Shown one piece after another: positions 38,263 through 51,290 of a stretch of 64,000 nucleotides of DNA. The position numbers were made by a program, and so were the translations under genes. How positions within the stretch are numbered: the stretch's first letter is position 1; every line of letters starts with the position of its first letter. Source of the stretch: Halocafeteria seosinensis. Lineage: Eukaryota. The notes beneath the pieces were generated by a model. It made no database searches. It saw only the letters and a list, made by a program, of their open reading frames with translations, and was not told the origin of the DNA. The stretch covers positions 124,001 through 188,000 of the forward strand of contig LVLI01000194.1 of NCBI GenBank assembly GCA_001687465.1, written 5' to 3'.

Positions 38263-39511
38263 ATGCATCGAAGATTGGCTCGTTTTGGAAGATACAGGGG
38301 TGCCATCGTCCGTGATATTCCACCCACGTTTGCCGAAAAAGCATTGAGGTCTTCAACAGTAAGTGGTACCAATCGTACCACTCGTTGTCATCAGCTGATC
38401 TAGCAAACTACGTCTTCAAGTGGTCATGACACTTGGACTTCCAGGCAACGCCTATTGATTTGAAGAAGGCTCAAGAGCAACACGGTAAGTCCAAGCGATT
38501 CTCATTGGAAATTTTGCGAACTTGGAAAAGTGGTATGCTTCGTATGGGAACTTCCAGAGCGATATGTCAGAACGTTAGGGTTGCTGAATTTGGAGAGATT
38601 AACTCGACTTCCAACACTTGCCTCGCACCCAGATAGGTACGCGACAACGACACCAAAGAAGACATATTGACTGAACTTAACCCTGCTTCTAGTGTCGCAG
38701 TTGCTTTGTTGAGGACACAGCAATAGTCACTGAGGGACAGTCAGTGATAACTCGCCCTGGGCATCCATCAAGGAGGGGCGAGGTCGACGATGTCAAGCGA
38801 ACACTTCAAACGGACTTCAAGTTCAAATGTAATGATATGAATGATGACAAGCAACACGAAGCGGATGATGAGTCGCGCCTAGATGGTGGAGATGTACTCT
38901 ATACAGGAGACAGCATTTTCGTCGGGGTGAGCTCGAGAACCAACCATGCCGGTATTGAATGGTTGAGAGAGTGTCTACGCTCTGAAAATTTGCCAGTCCA
39001 CAAAGTAGATCTAGAAGGTAAGGATAGCCTGAATGTTGATGTGGCCGTCTTGTACTCAAAGGGGCTCTTTGTTTCACAGGAAAATCTGCGCTACACTTGA
39101 AATCGCTAATGACGATGGCGAACTCGAATACGCTTGTTTGCTCGCCCGATGGGGAGGATATCGCTCGCTTTATCGCTGATATCGTGAAGAGCACCAGATC
39201 TGATAACAAAGTTGAAGGATGGGACAGATTTTCAATTCGGAAAGCGACCTCTCCGGGCGAGGCTAACTGTGTCTTCGCCAACGATCATATTCTATGTAGA
39301 TCCTCTGCCGAATTTCCCTCGATCGAACTCCTTTATGAAGATCTCGCAAAAAATGTTGTTCATGTAAGTAGCTGTTTGGTTTAATCGATATCTGACGTTC
39401 AAAAGAGTGTCTATGACATTTTACGTTCTTGGGGAATATCTGCAGCTAAATATGAGTGAATTGGAGAAAGCAGATGGCGCTTTGTCTTGCTGTTCTTTAC
39501 TGATACCCTGA
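38263..39511 (+). CDS. DDAH: Dimethylarginine dimethylaminohydrolase (DDAH)-type amidinohydrolase
   Basis: PIDLKKAQEQH, CFVEDTAIV, ITRPGHPSRRGEV, LDGGDVL, SRTN, LHLKS, ANCV, ELEKADGALSCCSLL. Confidence 0.88.
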
Positions 39512-39682
39512 TAATACTGCGTAGCCAGCCAAGATCCAAACCAAGTGTTCTAGCAAGTATAACTCTCGCGATAGGCAGCTGATAGCCACTTAAGACGAGT
39601 TTAGACATACTCTAATAATGATAGGTTCGAGCGGAAAACTGGGCATAGTTCGTTTATTATATATCACTGGTTGTGAACTAGC

Positions 39683-40581
39683 CTAGAATCCTCGGCCTCT
39701 GCCTCTAGATCCACCCCTGAAGCCACCACCACGACCTCGGGGTGCGCCTCTACCGCCTCCACGAGGAGCTCCTCTACCACCACCTCTGCCTCCTCCACCA
39801 CGTCCCCGGGGAGCGCCACGACCTCCACCACGAGCTCCACCTCTTCCTCTTCCTGCTCCAGAAGGACTGTGTGACATACGCGATACAAACCTTGAGATAC
39901 TGAATAAACTACTGTTGTGGCGCCGTAGGGATTACACTTACGTTCCCTTCGGTTTTGGTAAAAACCTTGAAAGAGGTAATAACTTCTCCGGACTAATATA
40001 TACCTTATCCTCTTCTTTGAACGAACTGGCAACAACTCCCTCGGAGCACTTTACTGTAAACATCTGCAGTTGAGCAAAAGATCCTACTCAGTGTTCCACA
40101 GCGCAACTGACCTTATAGCATCGTAAACACGGCGATACTTACCACATTGGAGATCTGCGAAAGAATCTCGTCGACCTTGCCGATTTGGGTTTTATTGTGT
40201 AAAAAGATGGGAGCATTGAAGTATGGGACCTTCTCGTTGGTGGATTTGCACACCATATCGCCCTCACAGGTGTGCATGAAGTAGCCCATTTCTGCAGCCA
40301 ATGAGACATACACATTATTACAACTCTATTTACAGAGCCGTCATATCCATATCCGATTGACAATGTGACAATTGATTCTAGACAAGTTAGGAGAGATCTT
40401 CAAGGTGACACAGTGGGTACTTACCTACGACGTAATCAGGAGGGCCATCGAATCCACCACGACCTCCTCCACCTCTACTACCTCCTCGCCCACCTCGAAA
40501 GCCTCCACGACCACCTCCTCGGCCACCGCGGCCTCCTCCACCGCGACCTCCAGGACTGCTTCCTCCGAAATAGGGCGGCAT
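39683..40581 (-). CDS. GAR1: H/ACA snoRNP subunit GAR1
   Basis: N- and C-terminal RGG tracts around [38 protein letters not shown]. Confidence 0.95.
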
Positions 40582-40927
40582 GATCTACCCACTTTAATCG
40601 CCTGTATCACGCTCCTGTGACTGTGATAGTGCCCACAACCACGTTTATCAGCTTTCGCACTTCCTAATCTTTACGATAATGCGAAAGAGAGTGTGAAAAC
40701 CGATCAAAATATCTCATAAATGGGTTCATAAGCCTGCGAAAATCGACAAAACGTGCTTGATGAAACAAACAAATGTTTCAATGATGTAGGAATTTCATTC
40801 ATGCACTCAGAAAATGCATACTTTTGGGGTTGTTGCATGAAGTAAACACGGCAATCTCCTGTGTGGACCTCTAGGGTTTATATATGTCCACTCTGTGATA
40901 TTCTCTGGCCTCGGGAAAGTGCGTGAA

Positions 40928-42845
40928 ATGGCTGAACACTTGGATTTTCTCCCTCTGGAACCTCAGACTCAAGCCTCCAAGGAGGGGAATGCGTCCAAAA
41001 GGCGAGTTTCAATGGAACTGAAGCCCAAGCGTAACACGGGGAAGAGATCTCGGTCTAGTCGAAATAGAACGCCGAACTCAAAAGAGAAACCGAATCAGAA
41101 AGTTGCTAAACAGAATGGAAGTGGCGGCCAACACATCATTTTTGCTTCATCTTCATCTTCTGACGACGAGGATGAAACAGAGGATCAGAATATCAGACAT
41201 GGTCCCAAATATGAAACGTCTGGAGGAATGGCCAGTCAGGTAGAGCAAAATCAGCCAATTCCGTGGTGGAATAACGGTGGAAATACTCGGAAATTCAAGA
41301 GCCTTCCGCTCAAGTCACCGCTCTTGAGACTTCACCAGGAGATTCTTGAGTTTGTACAGTTTATTCAGCCCACAGAAGCGGAGCAAGAGGTAGCAAACGG
41401 TGCCCTAGCCAAGATATGTAACGTGATTCATGAAAGGCACCCCGATGCTGACATTAAAATATTCGGCTCCCGCTCCACCAACTTGCTTTTGCCGTCGAGC
41501 GACTGGGATATATGTGTGTACAACCTGGACCCGACTGCAAAAGCAATGCACAGCTTAGCAAATGTAAGTCGAATTTTGGTGGCGCGTATGTGCTTTTGCT
41601 GTACTGAAGCATTGCTAATATGACAAATTTCGCTGATTGCAGAGCTTCCGACGGGAAAATGTTGCGAGTTCCTTAGAAGTGATAACAAAAGCGAAGGTAC
41701 CAATAATTAAAATGAAGGAGAGAGAATCCGAAATACCAATTGATATTTCATTCAATGCTGCCAGTGGTCCTGAGAGCAGCGACTTCATGGCGGAATGCAT
41801 CAAGACATACCCTGCCGCTAGACCCCTCGTTATTGTGCTTAAATACTTTCTCCAACAGCGCGGGCTCAATGAAACATACACAGGGGGAATCGGATCGTTC
41901 CTATTAATGTTGATGGTAGTTCGGGTCATCCAGGAAGTAGCCTTCGAAAACGCCGTGGGAGAGCAACACGGGAAGGGTACGGAGAAGGAAAAGTCAAGCA
42001 AGAAAGCGAACAAGAAACACCAACAGGAGTTGTCCTCGTCAAGTAACATGAATCTGGGGCATTTGCTTCTTAGATTCTTTGAGTTATACGGTTTTCAGCT
42101 AAACTATGTATCTACCGGGATCTCCGTGCGGGGCGGTGGAGCTTTCTTCGAAAAGAAAGCACGAGGGTGGTACAACCCTAACAGGCCCGAGTTATTATCC
42201 ATCGAGAATCCCATGTACACTAGTGTCGACGTAGGAAAGAATTCTTTTTCTATACTCAAGGTCAAAGATGCCTTTGCATACGCGTACCACAGGCTAGCAA
42301 CCGCCATTAGAGAGTGGAACGGCGATTTTTCGCATCTTCGTACCAAAAGGAGACACGCTGCCTCCAACATGAGGAACACCAAAGCAAATAAGGCAATTAA
42401 AAGAAAGAGTCTGTTAGCCTTAGTCATAAGCCAAGATGATACTCTGCGGAGTCGAGCAGAGGAACAGGCATCTACAGCGAACAGAGCGAACGACTGCGTC
42501 GAGGGTGCTGCCGAACAATCAACCGAACCAGATGTAGGGGCGGATGTCCATACTCCTATAGAGTCTAGCGACTCGGAAAATTCTCCCAGTAGCGGCTCAG
42601 ATTCTCAAAGCTTGGATAACGATGGTTGGGACGAAAAACACGAGAAATCTGATAGCATGCCGAAGGAAACTCCTGGCGCTTCTGAAGATGATATTGATTC
42701 TACTGCACAGAAGGGTCAGGGCGAAGCTCCGACGCCCCATCAGACATTCGGAAGAACTCTAAGGAAACCCCGATTAATCCAGGACATTCTTGCTAATACG
42801 CGACATAAGCGAGCTAGACTCGAAAACCCTAGCGGATGGTACTGA
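40928..42845 (+). CDS. TENT4: Non-canonical poly(A) polymerase TRF4/PAPD5 (TENT4)
   Basis: LHQEILEF, FGSRSTNLLLPSSDWD, AKVPIIK, DISFN, LQQRGLNETYTGGIGSF, LSIENP. Confidence 0.92.
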
Positions 42846-43015
42846 GTGCTCCAGCCGTATATGTATGATGTAGAAATTGCTCTCAAAAGGGCGTCGTAAA
42901 CCCCGAATCAGAGTTGGCATATCTTACTTGTACTCTCAGACCACCGACTGGCTTTGGTGGGTAACCAGGAGCGCTAGTATGCGTGGCAAACTTGTGGAAG
43001 ACCCGAAATACGCCT

Positions 43016-43067
43016 TGAGAATGTGAGATGCCGTACTAGTGTGAGAATGTGAGATGCCGTACTAGTG
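43016..43067. repeat. Perfect two-copy 26-bp tandem repeat
   Basis: tgagaatgtgagatgccgtactagtg twice. Confidence 0.95.
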
Positions 43068-43862
43068 CATTCCTGTTGCTACATGAGAGATATCGCGTCT
43101 TTTGGCGGACAGGACTTCTTGGCAAGTGGCGATGAAGCAGTGCCCTAAGACAGCATCTTTTACATAGGGACTTTCCCATTCAATAAAACTGCAATAACCA
43201 ATGTGCTTAGTAGCAACGTCTTGGAGGACACACCATGTCAATTGGCTCTGGACAGTTTCCCCCACTTCCGATCCAGAAATGCGTCGTCATCTTCAAGAGC
43301 TGTTAACACTTACTGTGACCCGAGCGTCGCTACGGCTCATCCGGAACAGAATCGGCCCTTATTTCTGCACCCTAGTGTACTCTTACTTCCATCCTTCTCC
43401 TCTTTTTTTTATCCACCATTTTGTTCGAGAGTAATGAATGGTGGTACAGCCAAGAGGAAAACAGACAGAAGAAAAAAGCGACTCCAAGAAGCTACAGAAT
43501 ACACACTGAGCAATCAGATATATAAGGCGAAAGATGTCAGCATGGGTCTCGCTGAGAAGTGCATGTAGGGGCTGGAGATGTGTGTGTGTGTGTTGAGGGG
43601 GATGTCTGAGGATCTGAAATACTATCAGCCCGCATATGAATATGATATGATCCGAAACTTTCTCCGGAGCGGAAAAGACGATCACAAGGTANTACGGTAT
43701 TCGACCGCTTGGATTCACGAATGAGGGTTTTGTTGATTCAGTTCCCATCGGGACGACGGTAACAATCATTGTTGTTCCGGTTTTCCTGAAGTATCTGCCC
43801 TCTGTGAAGCAGCATTGAAATTGCAACTGCACAAGTGCAGTGCAAGTATCTGTATTCTAATT

Positions 43863-46674
43863 ATGGACGTTGAAGCCCAAAAGGACGGAGATGCAACTCC
43901 TACAGGAGCATTCCAACCAAACGATGCTCCTCGGCAAGCCCAACATGAGACTGAAGTAGCTTCTAGTCCTACTGCTGCGAAGGAGACTGCCTCCTTTACT
44001 GAGGCAACGTTGGAGAGTTTAATCAAGGAGCATCCGATAGTTATCTTTGGGACCACTACTTGCCCTTTTACAACTCATGCACTAGACATACTGGAGTCCT
44101 CTGGAGTCCCATTCAAGTCGTTTGAGCTGAACAAGTTAAGCAATGGATCTGCCATACGCAAGGTTGTCGAGGCTTACACCAAGTACTACACCGTGCCGAA
44201 TATCTTTGTGAAAGGAGATCATATCGGAGGGTGCAATGAATTAGTTGCTTTGGAAAAATCGGGAGACCTAGACAAGCTGGCTAGAGAGCGAGCTGTCGAG
44301 GGTAGTTCCAACGAGAAGCAGGTGCCGTCCTCGCCCCGTCCTGAACAAAGGATTAGTAGATCGGGTCTCTTTTGGTTCCCTTCCACTGTCAACAGCTATG
44401 CTGTCCGTTTGATTGGTTTGCAAACTGTAATTTTGTCCCTATTCGGTATCATCTTCAGGAATGAAAGCGAAATGAAATGGATTATTGTGGGTCTGGCAGG
44501 CGACTTCGTTGCTCGCCTGCTAGCGGGGCCGACGTTTTCCTTATTGGGTATTATCGCTGGGACGCTCACTGCATACTTCCCACCGCGGTTTGGTGCTGGA
44601 CCACCAAAGCAGTTTGCTGCGTCTATTGGTATGTGCTTCTCGGGTCTCGCTGCTGGTTTGTTACTGGGAGGTTTCGAAACGGCTGCCTCTGTGGTACTGG
44701 CGATACTTATGTTCGCTGCTAGTTTGGAAAGCTTTTTCGACTTCTGCTTGGGATGTTACTTTTTCGGACTCATGATTGACCTTGGACTAGTTCCTAAATC
44801 AATCTACAAGTATCATTTGGAGACCCTTCCAGAAGTCAAGCGGGGATGGCAAAAGTTCCATGTTCAAGAAGAAGGTCTTCCGGAAATCCGAGAAATTCGA
44901 GCTTCGCCAAAACGTGGTGCTCAATCTAGCCCGCTTCCCATTGACCCTAAGATTAAGACAAAGAGAGATGAACATAAGTGGTTTGATGTTCACCTTATTC
45001 GGCACATGCAAGTTATCTACTTTATACATCCGCTTACAATTGCCATACTTGCTTTAGTATGGAATATGATGTCCGACCGGTGGATCGCCCTACGACTCGC
45101 CCTCTGTAATTTGGCATATCCTTGGATCCGTCTCGGCGGTCTTATTTTGCATCTATTTGCTTGCCTACAGTCTAAAAGCCGCGTTGTACCCCCAAAAAGT
45201 GAGAAAAGACTGGCAACATTAGTTCAAGGGTAACATGGTTGTTGCGCTTCCTGCAAACTTGATCCTGCTGTCAAAACTGTTATACGAAGCCGATGGAGAC
45301 GAAAAATCAGCCCAAGTATTGTTTTGGATCGGGGCCTGTAGTGCCATGGTGGTCTCTCTTGCCAAATGCTCCGACTGGTTCTATTGTCGTTGGTCACTCG
45401 AGTCCGTCAACGTTTCGATGCTGCTTCATCCCCTTGTTGCTTTCTTTGCATCATTTGTAGGACCTTCGCTATCAGTGTCCTACGTGGAAGCATCCTATTG
45501 GTGGTTGTCCTTTGGTTTGGTTATGTACTTTGTGCTGCTGGCTGTCTTAACCTTGAAGACTATCCTGGATCATCATTCCGACGAGAGAATCCGCGCCTCC
45601 CAGGCGTTGTTCGTTGTAGCTCCCGTGCTTGCAAGCCTGAGTTTCCAGGCGGTCACTGGTCAAACAGGTATTTTCTTTCGCGTATTCTACTATTTTGGAT
45701 ATTCCATGTTGGGCGTAAGCCTATTTGGAGCATTCTCGGGTTTCTTTTTCTCAAACAAGTTCTCGCAAACCAACTGGGCTTGGGGAATTGCACTCGCGGG
45801 CTTGACAGCTGGTACAATCTCCTACGATCGTCAGATTGATTCAGAGTTTACCGAAGTCTGGGTATTCATTATGCTGGCTGTGACGAATGTTGGCATTGGC
45901 GTTTTGTTGTTCCATACCGTTAACCAATTTTTACACTGGAATCTGTTCGTTCCTGATGACAAGTGGGGACCTATGTCGTTCATGAAACTGACCCATGAAG
46001 CCTTCAGGTGCTTTGTTCCCAAAATCCAAAAGCTCATTGGCACTTCTGAGCCATCGGATGAGATTATTCGGCTCATTGTAGGAAAGCTCAAAACCATGAT
46101 TCATGTTTATGATATCCATTCTGCGCAGGAGGATGATGCTATCTTTCCCATGTTGGAGAAATTCCTCCCAGGGATCACTGAGGATTCGTCGGCGGAACAT
46201 GTGGAACAGCATGCCTTTATAGATCGCCTCAGGAAAGCCGTTGATACTTTGCTGGCAAAGAAAGAGAATAAGCTGGAAGAGTCGAACCCTGATGAGGTGA
46301 ACTTAATATTCAAGGATCTCCCGGGCTTCTTGGACGAGTTGTTGGCACATCTGCGCGAAGAAGAAAACTCCGCCAGTGTCCTCATGAGAAAATACGTTTC
46401 AGTGGATCTCCAAAAGGAAACTGCCGTGCGCTGCTTTGAAAATTTGACTTATGATCAGTTGGCGCCGTTCATTTCGTGGATTCTGCACGAGTTGGAACTG
46501 GGTGGTCAAAGAGTCCGTTTCCTCAAAGCACTTTTGTGGGCCAGACCTGCGTATTGTGAAGCCATCGGGATGATGGTGTATCGTCAGGTTGATGATGTAA
46601 TGTGGGTTCAGTTGTCCGAAAGCATCCCAGAAATGATTCCTCGAGGTGTACCTGGGTGGCGCAGATACTTCTAA
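43863..46674 (+). CDS. Glutaredoxin-DUF4395-SLAC1/TDT channel-hemerythrin fusion, interrupted by a +1 frameshift (about 45070-45110) and an in-frame TAG (45220-45222); pseudogene or sequence error
   Basis: Grx: CPFT, TVPNIF, IGGCNEL. DUF4395: PPKQFAASIG, LESFFDFCLGC. TDT: YSLKAALYPQKVRKDWQH*FKGN, LFVVAP, FSQTNWAW. Hemerythrin: THEAFR, HSAQEDDAIFP, EH..QH, HLREEE. Confidence 0.8.
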
Positions 46675-47226
46675 TTACATATCTGTCACATTTGTGTGTG
46701 TGTAATTAAAACATTACCCTGTTGGCTTGTTTGTGGCATACCCTTCACATTTATCATTATACAAGTTGCAGGTGGATATTTCAAATATTCCACACTCACA
46801 AAGTTTTTCGCTGATAAATGGTAGTTCCATTTTCCGTAATACCTTGATACCGGTACGCTAGTAATCGTGCGGCAGCCTATGGCCACGTTGGCTGTCTACT
46901 ACCACGGTAAGCTCAATTCGACGTCGCAATGGTGCGACTGATGCGCCATCGAACTGAAGCCATGCGCCACTCACTTACACCACATTCCTACTGAGGTATC
47001 GAAAATTTCGATAATATTATGGTGGACTCTTATATGCATCAATTGTTTTTCTGGTAGAGCAATAGACGCGAAAACATGCGCTTAACGCATATTTGTCGCA
47101 GTGCGACGTAGGTTAGTTGGAAGACAGAAACAGTTCATTCGAATTTCCTCTTCTTTGAGCCAAGGGAGGAGACGTTCGTCAATAGAGACGCACTTTGAGG
47201 AAAAAAAGAACATGAACGCGTAAAAA

Positions 47227-50200
47227 ATGCTAAAATTACCTAGAGTCAACAGCCGCGGTGGGACGACCACTCGACGACATCCATCCAGGATGACACACAC
47301 TAACAGCAGCCACGCAGAAGATGACCACGGGCGTTTAAAGGCGGATGCAGACTCAGTCTGTGCCGTTCTAGCTATGCATGGAGCTCCTCAGGTATGTGGG
47401 AGAACGCGAGGGTAACTTGTCCTTCACTACCGCGCAACGGAACTTCGGGACTTGTCACGCTTCGTGTACTTCCCGCAGAGAATTCAACAACAAGCGCAGC
47501 GCTTTGATGGATACTTCTCACTTTACGGATACTTAGTAAGTCAAGATTGTTTGTCCCATGTGCTTGGTGTTACCTGCATTGCGTGCTTTCCTTGTGAGCT
47601 ATTGGCAGCACCCAAAGACAATGAGAGAATTGCTAGTTCTAGTGAAACAAATCAACCGAAATTTCGTTGCGAAAGCACGAAATGCAGACCTAACAGAAAT
47701 ATCGATCGATCTGAGAGATTTAGAAATGGCAATGGACCTGATTGATGAGCCAGCAAGTGGTTTAGCAATAACCCAATTAGGGATCCGTGACCTCAAGCAA
47801 AATGGCTCTGCGAATGGTTTCATTGAAAAGCTGACAAATGACCCTCAGTTTTCTTCTGGTTCAACGCGTAAATTGCTTCCTCCTGTGCCGATACGCACAG
47901 TCCTCTACGTGTGGACGATGACATCGTATGCTAAGTATTATCTTCTTCAAACACGGATGGAAACGGCGCTGTCATGTGCACAAGAAGTAATAGCACTAGT
48001 TCGGGGTTCCTCACTTTCAGAAAAACTAAAGGCGGAACCTTACTTTCAGTTCTTTGATGAAGAAATGTTTTCTCTGGATTTATCCCATGTATTATATGTA
48101 AAATCACTCGCAGAGTATCAGCTTCGGATGATTCAAGACGCATGCTCAACCATCGTGGATGCGATAGACGAAGGTAGCCAGGAATGGCGACGTTGTTACA
48201 ATGCATTGTCCCAGAATGAACAGCAAAGTGAAGGTACTACAGTGGACGCATCTCAACGTGTAGCAAGGTACAAAATGAAAACATTGGCATTGAGCGACAT
48301 TTATGAATTGGCAGGAGAACTGTTTGAACGGTTGGGAGACTACGATACCTCTATAGCTAACTACGAGCGTTCTCTGGAACTTAGATCCCAATTTGAGAGC
48401 CAACTACATACGGAAAAATCCAAAGAGTTACTTGAGGATATTCGTCGCGTGGAAGACTTATTCGACAGAACTCTCGAGAAGAGCGATGATTCAACCCGGA
48501 GCTCGCCCTTGCGACGGCGAAAGCTACAGGGGGCTTCAGGAGTTCCTCGTAAACCGTTCAATTCTAAGGGAACAGATCGAAAAGGAAGACAGACAACAGC
48601 TTCAGGCCAATTGACTAACACTTTGTTGCCTAGTAAACAAAAGGCATTATCTCCTTCTGCAATGAAAGAATTGCAAAAGCCGTACAATGGAATGCTACGT
48701 CCCAGGGTGGGTAACAGTTTTTCACAGCCCGGTTGGGGTAACCATAGGAGTGCAGAGCAGGGGCTGTCTCAGGAGTCTGAAACCTCCGAAGAGCATGGCG
48801 ACTCAGGGAAGATAGGAAGACCTTCTAAAAATGTGTTCAGTAGAATAGTATTGGCCTCTTGTTTGTTGCGAAGATGGCAGCGAGGTAAAACAAAAGCTTA
48901 CGTACTTGAGGAACCGAGCTTGGAGAAGTTCATGAGAGGCGAAGCCACAGTAGACGAAATACCCGCTCACTCCCGACGAAGCAGCCAAGGCTCGGTTTCG
49001 GAATCTCGACGACACGACGGGTCTGGAAGCGAGGGGTATGGAGTCAGTGATTCCTGCTCAGGATCCCCACGCACCGAAGTGAGTCCGCGTTGTGTAGAGG
49101 GGCAAAGATTTGACAAGTACGAAGGTGTGGAAACAGGAAGACAAGAGGAACATAGATACTTGTGGACTAGCTCCGGCTGCTACCATCCCATAGGAATGGC
49201 AGTGAAACGACGTGTTAATGTGCCCTTGGTTGTTGCTTCCACAACGGAACGAGAAACTAACGATACTAGTCGGCAAGTGGAACGTGGAGATCGCAACAGT
49301 TCAAACCTCAAGCAGGATCCTGATAAATATTCAGAACCAAGAGCGACTGCGAGACTTGATGCAGAGAACGCAAGCAAAGGAGGAAATTGTGAATCTGTGT
49401 CGAACAATGGCCAATCCGGAAGCAATATGAATGCAAATTTTGTTTTTCACGGTACAAGCAGGCACTACGAAGAAGTGAGCAGTAAGGATCAGGAAAAGAA
49501 GAAGACAGTTATAAAAGATGTTCGTCAAAACAAGTCGACCGCGTCAACGGAGCAAGAGAGAGGTCGCGAACATACACACGTTGAGCCCCCCGATTCGGAA
49601 CCTTCTCAACAACAACAATCAACAGCTTCAACTAGTGAAGCTACAATCAGTGGCACACAACAAGTTCTGAGCCAATATTCCAAAAAGGGGTACCAGAAGG
49701 ATGAGTCGCTCCCTGTCTCAAGATCGCCGAGGCGGTCGGAGGAGACTGCATCTGAAACGGCTAAGGAATCTCCACAGAATGCTGATGAGAATATCAAGAA
49801 ACGACGACAAGAAAAACATGGTGCAGTGATGGACACTTTTCTCTTTTCAGACAATTTATTCGATGCCTATGTTGATGACACGTATGAAGACGCCGGGGGT
49901 GATTCTCAAAACGTTGACCAGCGATCACCTCGAGGAACTAAAAAACGATCTGTTTCTCGCTTCTCCATGAGCATCCCTAGTATGACCGAATTTCAGGTAC
50001 CAGCAAAGCCCTCCGTTAATGAAAGTGGAGAGAAAGAGAACAGCGCTCAAATTCCTTGGGAGTCGAAGAACAAAGAGAAAGAGAGTAATTCCCCTAGGAA
50101 GAAACATAGCTCTCTGTCACGGTTCTCTATGAGTATACCAAGTATGAACGTCTTCGATCTTCCGTCAAATCACCTAAAGGAAGGTTCTGATGAAAGGGGA

Positions 50201-50527
50201 GACTCAGCAAGGACAAGCACCGGAGGTAGAGAGGAAGATGAGGAGGAATCTGTTTCCATGGACATTCCAGCAGAGCAATGGGGGACTGAGCAAGCCACTC
50301 AATCAAGAGCTGGAGGGAAGGGAACCTTAGGTCGCCGGTTATTCATCAACTCTTTGTTGCGAGAAAGCTTAGCTCAGCACGATGGCGGTACGGATGAAAA
50401 GATTTCTGAGCCGAACCAATTCTTCTTAGATTGTTTGGTCCGGGCCGTTCGATTAGTGGCATTGATTACCCGGCTGGAAAAGTATGTGCGGCAATTTAAG
50501 CAGAGAAGACAGAGAAACGAGGATTGA
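47227..50527 (+). CDS. Large protein with N-terminal TPR-like helices and a long S/E/R-rich disordered region
   Basis: 989-aa ORF plus two short upstream exons with GT-AG boundaries; TPR-like LSDIYELAGELFERLGDYDTSIANYERSLEL. Confidence 0.65.
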
Positions 50528-50689
50528 GGTAGTTCCTTGGAACATATGCAATAAGAGTTTAAACGAACATAGACTTGGATATGTCGCTATTCAGAGGAGT
50601 GAGTGACCTACCTACATCGCTACATTTTTTAAGTGTTGCAATCTTCATCCCTCAGTTCATGATTTCAACATTTTGTTCTATACATCCAT

Positions 50690-51290
50690 CTTAATTACGA
50701 ATGGAAAAATCCTCCAAGATGTGTTCTCGAATATCCGGGAGGCAGAGTGCTGCGATTGAAAAGCGGGTTCCCGAGTTGCACCTGCATTGGGGCTTCACTT
50801 CCTTGTGTCTCCCACGTACCTCGTATTTTGTTTCTGGTCCTGTTTCACAGCCGCGGGGTACTTAACAATCGTCAGCCCGTGTCCTCGCACTGTACAGACC
50901 TTGGCATTTTTGTTTTGTTTCTGTGAAGATAAGAAGATCGCTGAACAAAATCCACCGCCAGTCACAGCAGGTCCCCACCTCTACGTACCTGAATTTCTTC
51001 GACGCTAGGTGGATCCTTTTCAGACGTCGCGTTGGCAATCGCACGTTTCTCAGCTGCATTCATCACCAAAATAGTGGTAACTTACGTTCATAGCCCCGCC
51101 ATTTCTTTGTGCGAACGGATTTTGCGCGCGCCCTTTTTCGACCTTCAACCCAGTGTATTCGACACCGCTCTGCATACTCTGCTGCTCTACACTTACCTTT
51201 GGTCAATCCTGTGAAAGTTCGATAGAGCCTCTCATGGGGAGGAAGGCGCTCCATGTTGGCACTAGTGTACGACATTTTACTTCGTTGCGA
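50690..51290 (-). mobile_element. Probable degenerate Tc1/mariner (IS630-like) transposase fragment
   Basis: One frame with internal stops reads GRKRARAKSVR...RRLKRIHLASKKF...DWRWILFSD...ARTRADD..VP...KYEVRG, resembling the Tc1 R..FA.....W..V.FSDE and VWG segments. No terminal inverted repeats recognised. Confidence 0.35.

Noticed and set aside
43016..43067. 26-bp repeat as a CRISPR-like array
   Set aside because: Only two adjacent copies, no spacers, no cas genes, eukaryotic context.
43062..43832. Minus-strand ORFs upstream of the Grx fusion
   Set aside because: No recognisable domain, and the region contains a (GT)n tract and an N.
45199..45222. 24-nt GTGAG...TAG mini-intron that would remove the in-frame stop
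   Set aside because: It is much shorter than other introns here and would delete the family-like VRKDWQH motif. Only RNA reads could rescue it.
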